64,000 bases of DNA from Squalus acanthias. Its lineage: Eukaryota. The notes under the pieces are model-generated. The model was not told where the DNA came from. It searched no databases and worked only from the letters and a program-made list of their open reading frames with translations. Position numbers and translations under genes: made by a program. The stretch lies in NCBI GenBank assembly GCA_030390025.1, contig CM059432.1, positions 76,758,001 to 76,822,000 on the forward strand, in the 5' to 3' direction. Below, piece by piece: positions 1-12,838 of the stretch; the stretch's first letter is position 1; each line of letters begins with the position of its first letter.

Positions 1-65
1 TTTGCCCTGGATGGTGTCGAGCTTCTTGAGTGTTGTTGGAGCTGCACTCATCCAGGCAAGTGGAA
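1..65 (-). mobile_element. Fragment of the non-LTR retrotransposon family also found at 56130-60701
   Basis: Near-identical to about 56554-56617 (tttg.cctggatggtgtcgagcttcttga.tgttgttggagctg.actc.tccaggcaagtgga); cut by the window edge. Confidence 0.7.
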
Positions 66-485
66 AGATTGTTCCCGCTGCTGCCCTCCAATACTGACCC
101 ACTGGAGCATACAGTGTCAATAGGAGGGTACCTCACTATCATAGTGCCAGCAGGTGCCCAAACCAGTATGGGCACATCTCAGGCACCGCCAACCCCACTT
201 GGCTGGAAGCTCAGGTACCTGGCTGCCATTGGTGGTGGGGTGGGAGTTAGAGGGTTGCCTATGCCCCCACCTAGAAAAACCTTTTCCACACCATTCAGCA
301 CCATTGCCAAGGGAGCCACTAATAGCAATTTGCTTTTTAAAAGCTTGCTTCATCTCAGGGGGGTTGAGGCTGCTTCTCTGGCCTAGACACCCCAGTGAAA
401 CCCATTTACAACTCTTCTGGAGGCTGATATATCTCATCGCAATGGGTGTACCAGCCTCTGATCTTATACCAAATTCCACTGATAG

Positions 486-2107
486 AATAACAATAACAAC
501 AACAACTTGCATTTATATAGCACCTTTAACATAGTAAAACATCCCAAGGTGCTTCACAGGAGCATTAGCAAACAAAATTTGACACAGAGCCACAAAAGGA
601 GATATTAGGACAGATGACCAAAAGCTTGGTCAAAGAGGTAGGTTTTAAGGAGCATCTTAAAGGAGGCGAGAGAGGTAGAGAGGCGGAGAGGTTTAGTGAG
701 GGAATTCCAGGGCTTAGGGCCGAGGCAGCTGAAGGCACAGCCATCAATGGTGGAGTAATTAAAATCAGGAATGCACATGAGGCCAGAATTGGAGGAGCAC
801 AAAGATCTCGGAGGGTTGTGGGGCTGGAGGAGGTTACAAAGATAGGGAGGGACAAGAACATGAAGGTATTTGAAAACAAGAATGAGACTTTTAAAATTGA
901 GGTGTTGCCGGGCCGGGAGCCAATGTAGGTCAGCAAGCACAGGGGTGAAGGGTGAATGGGACTTGGTGCGAGTTAGGATATGAGCTGCAGAGTTTTGGAT
1001 GAACTCAAGTTTATGGAGGCTGAAAGATGAGAGGCCAGCCAGGAGAGCATTGGAATAGTCAAGTCTAGAGGTAACAAAGGCAGATGAGCTGAGTCAGGGG
1101 TGGAGTCGGGCGATGTTACGGAGGTGGAAGTAGGCAGACTTTGTGATGGAGCGGATATGTGGTTGGAAGCTCATCTGGGGGTTAAATATGACACCAATAT
1201 TGCAAATGGTCTGGTTCAGCCTCAGACAGTTGCCAGGGAGAGGAATGGAGTTTGTGGCAGAGACCAAAAATAATGGCTTCGTCTTCCCAATATTTAGTTG
1301 GAGAAAATTTCTGCTCATTCAGTACTGGATGTCGGACAAGCAGTCTGACAATTTAGAGACAGTGGAGGGGTCGAGAGAGGTGGTGGGGAGGTAGAGTTGG
1401 GTGTCATCAGCGTACATGTGGAAACTGGTGTTGTGTTTTCGGATGATGTCGCCGAGGAGCAGCATGTAGATGAAAAATAGGAGGGGGCCAAGGATAGATC
1501 CTTGGGGGACACCAGAGGTAACGATGCGGGAGTGAGAAGAGAGGCCATTGCAGGTGACTCTCTGGCTACCATTGGATAGATAAGAATGGAACCAGGCGAG
1601 TGCAGTCCCACCCAGCTGGACGACGGAGGAGAGGCGTTGGAGGAGGATGGTGTGGTCAACCATGTCAAAGGATGCAGACAGGCCGAGAAGAATGAGGAGG
1701 GATAGCTTATCACAGTCACAGTCACATAGGATGTCATTTGTGACTTTGATAAGGGCCATTTAAGTACTGTGGCAGGGCAGAAACCTGATTGGATGGATTC
1801 AAACATGGCATTCCAGGAAAGATTGACATGGATTTGGGAGGCGACAGCATGTTCAAGGACTTTGGAGAGGAAAGGGAGGTTGGAGATGGGGCGGTATTTT
1901 GCAAGGACAGAGGGGTCAAGGGTGGGCTTTTTGAAGAGAGGGGTGATGATGGCAGATTTGAAGGGGAGGGGATAGTGCCTGAGGAGAGGGAACAGTTAAC
2001 AATATCAGTTAACATGTGAGCTTGGAAGAGAAGTTGGGTGGTCAGCAGTTTGGCGGGAATAGGGTCAAGGGAATAGGAGGTGGGTCTCATGAACAGAGAA
2101 GCAGGAG
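486..2107 (-). mobile_element. L2-clade LINE, 5'-truncated and frameshifted (RT region plus 3' tail)
   Basis: Minus-strand ORFs with RT motifs (LSASFDMVDH, GVPQGSILGPLLF, YADDTQLY, FLQLNIGKT, FKMLLKTYLF); 3' tail ends in (TTG)n/(TTA)n at about 486-506. Confidence 0.93.
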
Positions 2108-4693
2108 CTCCCAGCATAGGAGGTCCCTGCCCCAGACCCCACTCTGGCTTCACTGTGTCATGGGCAGAGGTTCCACCCCTTACAAGGCCAACTAGGAACT
2201 CATAGCACAGGCAGAGACTCAGCGTCTTGAGGTCGTGATTGCTTCCAAGCCATTCTACCAAATTCCCTCCAGATATGTGGTGGGATTCTGAAGGAATGGC
2301 CGAGTAAATTTGGCTCCAGCATGTATAGCGTAACAAATACTTCTTTAAAAAAATGCAAAATTTTGAAAAAGAAACAGTGAAATTACTGATAGAATTGGTG
2401 ACTAAACATTACCATGTCTACTGGACATTTTTCTCCCGAAGTTTGACCTTTCGTCTGGAGCTTGGGGCTTGGGAATTTTACCCAGGCCTCTGCTATATTC
2501 CACATTACTATTAAATATCCCTTCTTTTTTCATACTGCAACTATACCACTGCAGCCTGCTGTGGAAATGTATATGAATGCTAACAAGTCTGCATGTGTAC
2601 TGATACTACATTTTGATTGGCTGCTTTAACTGCTTTTGTCGGCAGTAATTTATCTCTTTCTAAAATGATCCAAGGGCAGCATTTGCTGAGGCTTCTTCTA
2701 ATGATTGTGAAGTTTCTTATCTTGTCATATATACAGATCAGGAGCTATGAGTGTCTCAGCTTTTGACCTAGGGTCCATATCCCCACTGGATCTTCAACTT
2801 TCTCAGATGGCTCATTCTCCAATACATATTCATCAATCCAATTTCTAACAATCACTGCACCAAGTATTGTTCAGTAGCCTCAGCAGGTTACAGTGGTTTT
2901 TTTTTTACATCCAATTGAAATTAATGGTCACTCCTTCAGGACCAGTGCAGCAAGTCTTCAGTAACTGACCTTATCCCTGAATGTGTAATTTAGTCATTGG
3001 GGATGTAGATTGTGCATTGCTATTCCATGAATACAATTCAGACTTCAAACCTCCACTTGGCCAAAGACTAATTAGACTCTATTCCTAATTGATTATTTAA
3101 TTTCTCAAACCTATCATTTTGTTTTCTCTGAAATCATGTCTGTTTTATTCTTGTCTATAAGAGCTGAGATTCTAAATTATTTGGGAAACCCAGTTATTCC
3201 AAACTCAATGAAGCAGAATATCATGTTAATATGAATAATTTTGGGCCTATGCATGACAGAGTGTGATTTTGAATTAGCCCGAGCTAGTACTGTCGTTCAC
3301 AGGCTGTGCTAACACTTCCTACTTAGCCTGATAGCTGAATCAGTTTGTAAGATGGCAAATTAATACATGTTTTAACAGTGCTTTGTGGATGAATTATTTG
3401 TGCATGTGCACACTTGCAGACTGACATTCCTCCCCTTGTTAATTTCAGCGAAAGAGTCAGCTCTGAGTATAAAACGGGAAATCCCGTTCTGTATCCAGGC
3501 TGACCTTTTTTCTAAAATCAATGGGTAGAATTTTCAGGCTTCTAGTTTTTTTCACCTCACCAAATGAGTTCTGTCAGTACTGAGAAATGCAGCATGTTTT
3601 TCAAATTTTTTTGCATGGTGTCAGTGTCAAGCACTCCTAGGTAAGTTAAACCGTGATCAGTTGCAAAGCTTCCACTCCACTGCCCTGAGAGTAATGGAAC
3701 AATAACCTTTTGGCCAAATGGCCCTTTCTCGCTCTTGACATCTCTTACGTTCTTACATCTGACCAGGGAGTGCTTGATGCTTAAAATGGAAAGTTTTCCG
3801 TTTCCCAGCGCTAACATCCTTTACCTTGATGATGGGTTGAGACCCATAGTATAGAACAGAATAAATTTTAAGAGTGGGAGCAAAGACAATCTTAATAAAA
3901 AGTGGTGATTGAGTTACACCAAGCTTGGGATTTAAAAACCTGCAGACTGTCAGAGAAAGGCAAAGATCCATATGGTAAGGATGTGTTTTGAAGTCTGAGA
4001 AAGAATGAGTTAGAGGCAACAATGAGATGATTCTTGATTTCAGCCCTGTGAGGATAAGTAAGAATATAACTGAATAAAATAAATAAGGTAAAATAAGAAT
4101 AAAGTGGGAGCCATGGATTATGAAAATAATCTTTAGCCTTCTCTACAAAATCATATCTAAAAAAGTGAACTATTTGAAAGCAGCAGACATTTTAAATAAC
4201 CTTAAATTAAAGAAGGAAAGGTGAAGAATATAGGGGTAAATTTGTTGAGTCCACCCCAATGGCACAGTACTTTGCAGACTGACAGTGTGTATCAGAAAAT
4301 CACGGGGGTGATTTTCCAATAGTTGCTGATGGCATTGAGTTTCCTTGCTGCTGGTATGGACTCAGGAAATCCAGTCTATAGTCTTTACAAAGTAATTTAT
4401 CCATAAATTTTGATATATTAAAGATATCTCTATCAGGAGATTTAGTAGTGTATTTTTGCCCTCATGGTGAATCACCAGCCGGTAACTCCATGCCCTTATA
4501 GTGTTCAGGCGAATATAAAATTCACACAAAATAAAGTTCAAAATGTTAGGAGAGAGCCAGAAGAGGTATTGACTCTTTACAAACATTATAATACTGCAGA
4601 TTGAAAAATGAGTTTAAAGAGTTCCCAAGTTCTCCAAGTTAAACATGGCCTTGCACCAGATGCTAGATTTACTGCACCTGGTATGAAACCCAA

Positions 4694-5000
4694 GGGGTTG
4701 TATTTTCATGGGGAAGACGGGTTGGGGGCGGGAAATCCGGGAGAACCGGTTTCCCACAGGCCCTGCCGTTAAAGTCGGCAGGGCCTGCTTTGCATCTGAA
4801 GCCTCTGTTTCCCACCCGCAGCCAGCCAGATGGAGAGGCTGGCTGGCTGTGGGCAGGTAGGCCTACGTCACTAGGCCACAGAGAGGAGGAAGGGAGGGAT
4901 CGGGTGGGGGCCGAGGCTAGACTTCAGAGGATCGGGGGAGACGAAGATCGAGGCCTCCGGAGAATCGAGGGGCGGGGGAAGGAAGATCGGGGCCTCTTAA
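4694..5000. mobile_element. Truncated GC-rich non-autonomous Harbinger-type element (MITE)
   Basis: 4748-4890 closely resembles 7656-7800 of the TIR-bounded element at 7581-8575; starts with a similar GGGGTTGTATTTT terminus; right end not found. Confidence 0.6.
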
Positions 5001-5697
5001 CATTCAGAATATTAAATCTTGACTTGGACCCATTGTTAATGTTGAAAACTCGTTATCTGTACTCGGAAGATATACAAGGGCCAGCAAGTATAAAATGTTT
5101 GGGGAAATTATTATAGAAAAAAATGTGTTTATCAGTACCTTTGATTAAATTTAAACAGCAAAACGTAAGTACTATTAAAGCAGATTCATAATCTTTAAAA
5201 ATGATCAGTTATGGACAATATCAAACCAGACGTTAAATGAGTGGCCAAAGGGAAAGAGCTGAAACTAAACAACGTCTGATCAATCAAACATGGTACCTGG
5301 CACCTTTTTGTAGTATTTTCCTTTTTATTCCAGTTATTGTTAGAATCGAATGAATGCTGATATTAATTGGGATAAATTGCTATTTTCTTTTACACACGCA
5401 TATTTGAATATAAATAGATGTATCTATTTTAAAAGGACACGGTTATCTTTTTAAGGATACTGCAGAGTTGATCAAAATGTATGTCAAATTTTCTTGAATC
5501 TTCTAAACAGGCTATAAAATATTACTAAATAGAAAGGGAAATAACACTTGCTGTCATGCTTTCTCTAAACTGTTACAATGATGTGGACATTGGATTTCCT
5601 CGGCTTGCAGCACATTAAGGTTATGTCCATATAACATGTGGAAAATATTACATCAGACTGTGTCAGAATCCCGATAATATGCACAATTGGAGAATAA

Positions 5698-7469
5698 GGG
5701 CTGGATTTTCCCTGCGGAGACGGGATGGCGGCGGGAGAGCTGGTTGGTGGGTTCCAGTCCCGCTCTCGTCTGCAGCCGCTCTCTGAAAAAGATTTTCCGT
5801 AGATTGGCCTTGTTAAGCCCGCCCTGCGGGGTTCCTAGCCAATTAACAGGAAGTGGGTCTGATGACGTCATTTGATGATGCGTCATCAGCCGGTTTCCTT
5901 AAAGGGACCACGGCCACATTGATTTTGACAGTTGTGCTGTCAGTGTTCTGCAGCATTGAGGTGCTGCAAACACTGACAAGCACTGCACAAAGATGCAAGT
6001 CTGCACCCAAACATCTCACATGACTCCCTCCATGTGCTTATGGAAGGAGTCACAGCACGCAGGGAGATTCTCTTCCCTTCCCATGGGCGGAAGAGACCTC
6101 CCCAGGATATCAACGCAGCCTGGTTGCACATGGCACAGGAGGACACGAGCAGGGATGTCGTCAGGGGTCCCTGGCTGCAGTGGCGCCAACCTTTCAATGA
6201 TCTCATTGGATCATGAAACATTACTGCAAAGCCACACTCAAACTCACCCTGCTGTGCCACTCATCACATCCCCATCACTCTGCCTTCCATACCCTACTCC
6301 TGCACATCCTTACTCACACCAACTTACCTTGCACCCCCACTCAGCCCTTTCTATCTACATTATCACTTCTCCATCTCACTAGCCACCCCTCACACTCACC
6401 CTCATCCTACTGCAAGCATACCAACTAACAACACACAAGGGTAGGCACTTGAGAGGTTTAGCCAATGTTCATGTGAAGTTTCTGTTAATGTGTTGTCATC
6501 CATTGAAATCTATATTTTCAACACTTCACCTTATTGAACAGATCTGAGCGCACCTTGAGAAGTGTCCTAGTGAGTTCCAGTGGATGTTGAGACATAACTC
6601 CACCCCACCCCCCCCACCCCGCTATTGTGATGAGTGTGTAAGGAATGGCTTGGACATTATAGGGATGCTTTATGGTGCTGGGGTGGGATGGTGTCAACCT
6701 GGCACATCATGTGGCAGCCAGGATGTACAGTGTCAAGTGAAGTACATCTGGCAGCAATGTTGTCAGATGCTGATGCCCTGTGTCCTGTGCAGCATCAGGT
6801 GATGGCGGAGAAGGTTGGTGTTGTTGTTGGTGATGTTGGTGTACCTGGTGATGTTGGTGTTGGGGCTGATCGTGGACGGATTCAGAGGACCAAGGTGTGA
6901 TAGTTTCTAGGGCACCGATGTTGCTGGAATAGATGGAAGCTGCAGGTGAGATGACAGAAGCGATCTGTCAATGGTGAGAGAGGTTGTTCCACTGAGGTGC
7001 CACTGGATATACAGTTGGCTCTAAACACTTGCAAGCTAAAGAAATCTCTATATGTCTTACAAATGCAGTAAGCAACAGTTTCTGAGCTCTGAAAATGAAC
7101 AACTGCAACATGGTATCCTTTATACCACTTCTGCAGCTTTCGGGTTATCAGATAAATCAAAGCAGTCTCAACTCACGCCAGGGTGAGCTGGCGTGTTCCC
7201 CGAGCAGTGGGTAACCCATGGGGGAGCGCGTAAAATTACAAGGTAGGCTCAAAATAGCATTAAATTGGCCGTTAACAAGCCATTTAATGATTTCAATTGT
7301 CTCCCCTGCAGCTTGGTATCGGGTCAGTTCTCTGCTGACAGACCCGACACCTGGGAGACTCGCATGGAGGCGGGTTGACAGCGGGTTTCCTACCCGCTGT
7401 CAATCTTTGCTATTTTGACAGCGGACCCGTCTCCAAACCAGCACTCTGAGCGCTGGCAAAATCCAGCCC
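5698..7469 (+). mobile_element. Non-autonomous PIF/Harbinger DNA transposon (internal deletion derivative)
   Basis: Perfect 12-bp TIR GGGCTGGATTTT (5698) / AAAATCCAGCCC (7458-7469); TAA target-site duplication at 5695-5697 and 7470-7472; contains a Myb/SANT exon. Confidence 0.93.
6034..6216 (+). pseudogene. Harbinger Myb/SANT-like DNA-binding protein, exon 1 remnant
   Basis: LMEGVTARREILFP...AAWLHMAQE...WLQWRQPFNDL is homologous to 47983-48222 and resembles NAIF1/MSANTD-type trihelix domains. Confidence 0.85.
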
Positions 7470-7580
7470 TAAGTGTTGTAGTTTGTCTTGGTCATGTTAA
7501 AGGTATTGTGTGTAATTTTGAGAATTTAAATGTCATGCATCTAGAGAAGTATCCTGTCCCCTTCTCCTTTCATTGGCATT

Positions 7581-8575
7581 GAGCTGAATTTTAATGGAGA
7601 AGGTGGGTTGGGGGTGGTGGGGGGTTCTGAGGCGGTTAGGACACCGGGGCGAACGGGTTTCCCGCAGGGCCTGCCAACTTTAACAGCAGAGCCTGATTTG
7701 AATGGGAAGCCTCTGTTTCCCACCCACAGCCAACCAGATTGAGAGGCTGGCTGGCTCCAGGCGGGTATGCCTGCCGCACTAGGCCACACAGAGGAGGGAA
7801 GGAGGGAAGGAGGGATCACATGGGGGTCATGCTAGGTGAAGATCGAGGGGTCGGGGGCCAGGAGAAGAGCGGGGGTGGGGGGCGGTGGGTGGGTGTCCGA
7901 AGTGGATCGGGGGCCGGGAGAAGATCGGGGGGTCCAAAGAGAGTTGAAAGCCGGGAGAAGATCGGGGTGGTGGGGTGGTTGTCCGAAGTGGATCGGGGGC
8001 TGGGAGAAGATCAGGGGGATTCAAACAGAGTCGGGGACAAGGAGAAGATTGGGGTGAGGTGTTCTGAAGTCGATCGAGGGTCGGAGTAGCAGCACGGGGA
8101 GGGCTGGAGGAGCGGGGGGAATCGGATGCCTGTGGGGGGGGGGGGGTGAAATCGGAGGCCTGGGGCAGTGATCGGAGGGCTGGGGGGGAGGTGAGGCCTG
8201 GGGGGGTCTCCGATCACAGGGGGTGGGTTAGGCAGGGTCCCTGGATCCAGGAGGTAGGTATAAAGGCACTTACCTCTTAGATCCAACAGTCCTCACATTG
8301 TTGTAGCTGGCGAGTTTTATGAGGTGTGCAAAACCCGACCAGCTACATTTAAACACAAAATGGAGGTTAAAGAAGAGGCTTCCAGCCTTATCATAATATT
8401 TAAATAGACGGCCTGCCACCTGACAGCGAGTTGGCTGACCGGCTCCATCCCGCTTCTGTTAAAACCAGAGGGTGGGTGTGTTGGATGCGTGTTCAGGTCG
8501 TGATTCCGATTTTTAACACTTTAAGTATCCCCACGCCCCCCAACCCACCCGTTTTTTTAGGTTACAATTCCCCCC
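7581..8575. mobile_element. Harbinger-type MITE with internal G-rich tandem repeats
   Basis: Imperfect TIR (GAGCTGAATTTTAA / TTACAATTCCCCCC); ATT on both flanks (7578-7580, 8576-8578); repeated TCCGAAGTGGATCGGGGGC.GGGAGAAGATC units at about 7895-8080. Confidence 0.75.
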
Positions 8576-8624
8576 ATTGTATTTATTAGAAAACTCTTAC
8601 TATGGTTGTTAATTTGAACTATTA

Positions 8625-8818
8625 TGAAATTATTATATTTATTTCATTTTGCCTGCTTTATAACTAAAAATTACAAATTCTGCACAAACAACTATTTCTA
8701 TATTTGTTCCCATTTCTATATTGAAATTATTATATTTAGTTGACTTTGCCTACTTTATAAATAAAATTTTAAATTGCATACAGACAACTATTTCCATATT
8801 TATGTTACATTTCCATAT
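8625..8818. repeat. AT-rich tandem duplication, two diverged units of about 97 bp
   Basis: Units start TGAAATTATTATATTTA at 8625 and 8722 and share TTTGCCT.CTTTATAA, ACAACTATTTC.ATATTT and CATTTC.ATAT. Confidence 0.85.
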
Positions 8819-9034
8819 TTACAGAGTATTTTGGTGAACACCACTAAACTAAATTTTACAAGAATGAATTAAACCCTCATACTAATGTAATCATACCAAG
8901 TAACACCACAGAAAGCGACCATTTAGCATTGGCACCACACTCCCTCATAGTCACCCTCTACAGATGTAACTCACACATTCCTTACACTCATGCCATCACT
9001 CTCACTCAAACTTCTCTTCATTTCCTCCTTGCAG

Positions 9035-10359
9035 TAGAAGAGAGCCCACAATAACAGGGAGAGGGAGAGAACCGGAGGTGGCCCTCCATCCTTCAGTACT
9101 TTGACTGCAGCAGAGGAGGTCGCCCTGGAGGTGTCGAGAGTTGCAGAGCTGCTGGCGGTGGGAGACGGAGAGAGGGGGACCTCTCAGCTACCTGGTGACA
9201 GAATTACATCTCATACAGACACATGGCAAACAACAGTCACTCATATGGGGACTGATGTCAGCAGCCAGTGAATGTTCATCATGTGCATAATGGTATTGTT
9301 ACCCATTCTTAATATAACATTTCTAAATCATCACTTTACTCTCCCATAGGTCTATCAAGAGACCCCCGCCCCCCACCCCCGACTGTCCAGCCGGAGGAGG
9401 ACGACGACTTCTCAGAGGAGGCTCCAGCCTCTGAGGGTGCACCATTAGCAGACCCAAGCGCACCAAGCACCAGCGCAGATACGCACATCTCAGTGCATCC
9501 TATGCGAGATAGATTTGTGTTCTCACCTGGTGTCTCACACTTCACAAGTGAGCAAGAGCGGATGGTGTTGACAGAGACAGCAGTGGAGAGTCCTCGCCAG
9601 AGGATGCAGGACGCCCTAAGCTCTGCTCAGCTGTCTCCAGACGATGAGCCTCGGGGGCCATCGAGAAAGAGGGCGATCCTGGAAGGGCAGCAAGAAATAC
9701 AGGAGGCTCTGGCAGGTTTTGCTGCCGTGATGTCTACAAATGTGCAGATAATGGAGGAGTCCATCTCCAACATGAGCACCATGTCGCAGGCGATGGCAAC
9801 AATGTGCTCTTCCATGGAAAGGATGGCCACCTGCATGAAGCAGCTCATGCGCCACTCACATGAGCACATGCTATCTATGGACAACAGATGGCAGAGGCTC
9901 ATAGACCTCATCTCTAGGAGGGATCTAAATGTAGATTTGGGTCCTCATGGCCCCACTGTTGTGCAGCAAGGTGCTCTAAAGCTCCTTGCTAGCAGGGAAT
10001 TGCAGGTGGCACATGACAGGGATGATGGTGAGAAGGGGCATGGAAGTGGGGGCTCCTCTCAAAGCACTCCCATTTCTCCCCCATTGCCTCCCCCTCAGTC
10101 AGAGCCCCAGATGCTTCCTTGGATCGCGATGGCCGAGTCTGCCCCTGCACAGTTGCAGGAGGAGCAGTCTTCGGCGGAACCCTCACAGGCTCCAAAACCC
10201 AGAGGATGTCCGCCAAAAGTGTCTACGCAGTCGCAGCAGGGAAGTGAGCAGCCTGCCTCTACCTCTGCTGAAGCCACAGGGGTTGCACCTCGTAGAAGCA
10301 CACATAAACAAAAAATGACACAGAAGAAGATGCACAAGGGTATGCACATGGGTGTTTAA
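9035..10359 (+). pseudogene. Harbinger Myb/SANT accessory gene, exons 2 (9035-9194) and 3 (9350-10359); exon 1 absent
   Basis: Exon 2 KRAHNNRERERTGGGPP...AEE matches EKRSHNKREGERTGGGPP...AEE at 47479-47638; G|gtgacag donor; cccatag acceptor; exon 3 is open through the 288-aa ORF, which is homologous to 46321-47007. Confidence 0.85.
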
Positions 10360-10559
10360 AGAAGTGTTATTGTTAAAATTCCGTTACTGTCCTCACACAT
10401 ATAAAAGTTTTTATTTTCACCACTTTCATGCCCATTTTTGTCTGATACTTTGGAAGTGGCTTTGTGAGTTGGAATGAATAGTGAGACATAACGTAACCTC
10501 CAGCAATGGGGGTCAGTGTGAAAGGAATGGTTTGGTCATTGTAGGGATGCTTTATGGTG

Positions 10560-11125
10560 TTGTTGCATCGGGAACTGGGCACAGCATGTGTCAGCCATAT
10601 AGGTGCAAGGCAGGAAGTTAAGTAAATCTGGCCATGATGAGGCCATCCCTGGCCTCCAGGGCAGCAATGTGCTCCGCTGCTGGTGCCATCTGGACCTCGG
10701 GTTCCTCGTGCTCCTCCTCCTCGTCTTCCAGCTGATGCTCCTCCTCCTCCTCCACCTCCTCCTCCTCCTCTGAAGAGGCTGTGCGCTCTGCGCCTTGCTC
10801 CTCATGTAGTTCTAATCCTCATTGCTGCACTGTGTTGTGCAGAGCACAGCAAATGACGACAATTCGGGAGACCCTGGCTGGTGCATACTGAAGTGCTCCT
10901 CCAGATCTGTCAAGGCATCTGAAGCACATCTTCAGCATCCCTATTGTTTGCTTTATGACACATCTGGTGGACACGTGGCTTTCATTATAACGCTCCTGTA
11001 AGCCATGTCTTTAGTGGATAGCCTTTGTCTCCAAGCAGCCAGCCGGTAAGTGTGTTTGGCCGTGCAAAGAGCTGAGGGAGGGTGGACTGGCACAGGACAA
11101 AAGAGTCATAACAGCACAAATTTTG
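10560..11125 (-). pseudogene. Harbinger (HARBI1-like, DDE_Tnp_4-type) transposase, C-terminal remnant
   Basis: Hand translation gives DSFVL...[15 protein letters not shown], a deletion/frameshift, then [54 protein letters not shown], a stop, and an acidic poly-Glu tail. Confidence 0.9.
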
Positions 11126-11209
11126 CGTGCTGCCTTGACCACTTTCAACAGGCACAGGCAAATAGCGCTGGCCCTTGACACTGCCCATTTTCTGGCCTTA
11201 TCCAATTTC

Positions 11210-11575
11210 GAGGCCTATAGTTAAAGTTTTTTTTCCCTGGAAAAAGACACAGTTAAGGGACTGGGGTCTAATACAACTTTTTTAAATTATGAAAGTTTCT
11301 GAGAGGACAAATAGTGAAAGATTGTTTCCACTCAAATGGCAATAAGGGACATTGACTGAAGATTATCACTTAAAGAATGAAAAGGGAAGGTAGGAAAAAT
11401 TTTGTGCACAGGGTCAAGTCAATAGATTATGGAATGCTTTACCGCAAGTGGCTACTGAGGTAGAGACTATGACTTCATTTAAAATGTAATTGGATTAGTA
11501 TTTGCAAAGGTAGAATATAAAAGGATACTAGAAAGGGTCATAAAGTTGGATTAGAGTTGACAGCTGCAACTGAAG
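11210..11575 (+). mobile_element. Old CR1 LINE 3' fragment
   Basis: Degenerate similarity to the CR1 3' end at 51200-51520 (ttccctggaaaaaagac, ttgtttccact, tggaatgcttt, gtggctactgaggtagag). Confidence 0.6.
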
Positions 11576-12465
11576 AACTATAACAAACACAGGCACGTGG
11601 ATCACCACAGCAGCCCAGCAAAAGTCATGACAGACAGTTTCACTCAGTCTCAGAATCCATCAATATTGGCAGCTGCTAATGTGAACCTGGGAATTCACAG
11701 AGAGAAAAGGCATGAGGAACACACCAACTTAAAATCAAATGAGTATGATGGAATTTAGTTTGATCTTGGCACACCAAATCTCCATCTGGATATGTTTTTG
11801 TCTGACTCCTAAACAGCCCTGTGATATGTTGATGAAAAGAAAATTCTGTAAACCAAATTATTTTTGCATCGTAAATTGTTAGGTTAACAGTCATCTTCAC
11901 TGTTACATTTTCCATACAATGTTTGAACTTCACTGGGGTACAATTATGATGATTTTGTTGGAACTAATATCCTACTTGAATTGTTTCATCTGGCCCTAAG
12001 ATCATGTATGATATTGTGAAGCGGGCTACAGTCTAGCTTAAAATTTGCACTGTCCTTTGACTTTAAAGTTAATGGATAGAAATTCCAGTCTTGCTTCACT
12101 AGTAATCAATTAGATTAACTGCTCAATAAACTGTGTTAGCCCAACACCTACTTTTGTAGCCTGTCATGAGAAAATATCTAAGCTATTCAACCCTTAAAAG
12201 CATGATACAATTCATATTTTTTTTAAACAAACCTTTTATTACTCCCCCAAATTACTCCCATGTTCTTTCCTGTTATTCCCTCTCCACACTATCATCAGTC
12301 ATGAATAGTTCAGCCCATGGGTATCTCCAACGATGTCATCAAAGTTACTTTATGCTGAGCCACCCAGGAGGTGCATGAATAATGCCAGAGGGACGATTCC
12401 CCAGCCAGCCACTCCCTGATTGATTAGGAAAAATTATGTGTTACTGCTCACAGCTAATCGGAAAC

Positions 12466-12838
12466 TACAACAACAACTTGCATTTATATGGTGCCTTTAA
12501 TGTAGGACAACATCCCAAAGCACTTCACAGAAGTGTAATAAATAAAATGATGCAGAGCCAAAGAAGGAGATATTAGGAGGGGTGACCAAAAGCTTGATCG
12601 AAGTGGTGGGCTTTAAGGAGGGTCTTGACGGACGGGGGGCGGGGTGGGGGGGGGAGGTAGAGAAGTAGATGGGTTTAAGAAGAGAATTCCAGAGCATGGG
12701 GCCGAGATGGCTGAAGGAATGGCCACCAGTGATGGGATGAAGTGGAGGGGGAGGAATGCACAAGAGGCCAGAATCAAAGCAACAAAGAATTCAAGTGGAG
12801 GTGGGGGGGGGAGGGATTGTAAGGCTGGAGGTTACAGA
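12466..12838 (-). mobile_element. L2 LINE 3' end
   Basis: Colinear with 500-840, including the CAACAACAACTTGCATTTATAT tail. Confidence 0.88.

Larger units (their letters stand above)
8900..11197 (+). mobile_element. PIF/Harbinger transposon, left end missing; convergent Myb-like gene and transposase remnant
   Basis: Myb-like gene exons 2-3 on +, DDE transposase C-terminus on -, right terminus CCCATTTTCTGGCC (ends 11197) followed by TTA. Left boundary approximate. Confidence 0.85.

Noticed and set aside
9493..10359. 288-aa ORF as a novel host gene
   Set aside because: It is exon 3 of a Harbinger Myb-like gene, paralogous to 46321-47007 and adjacent to a transposase remnant and TIR.
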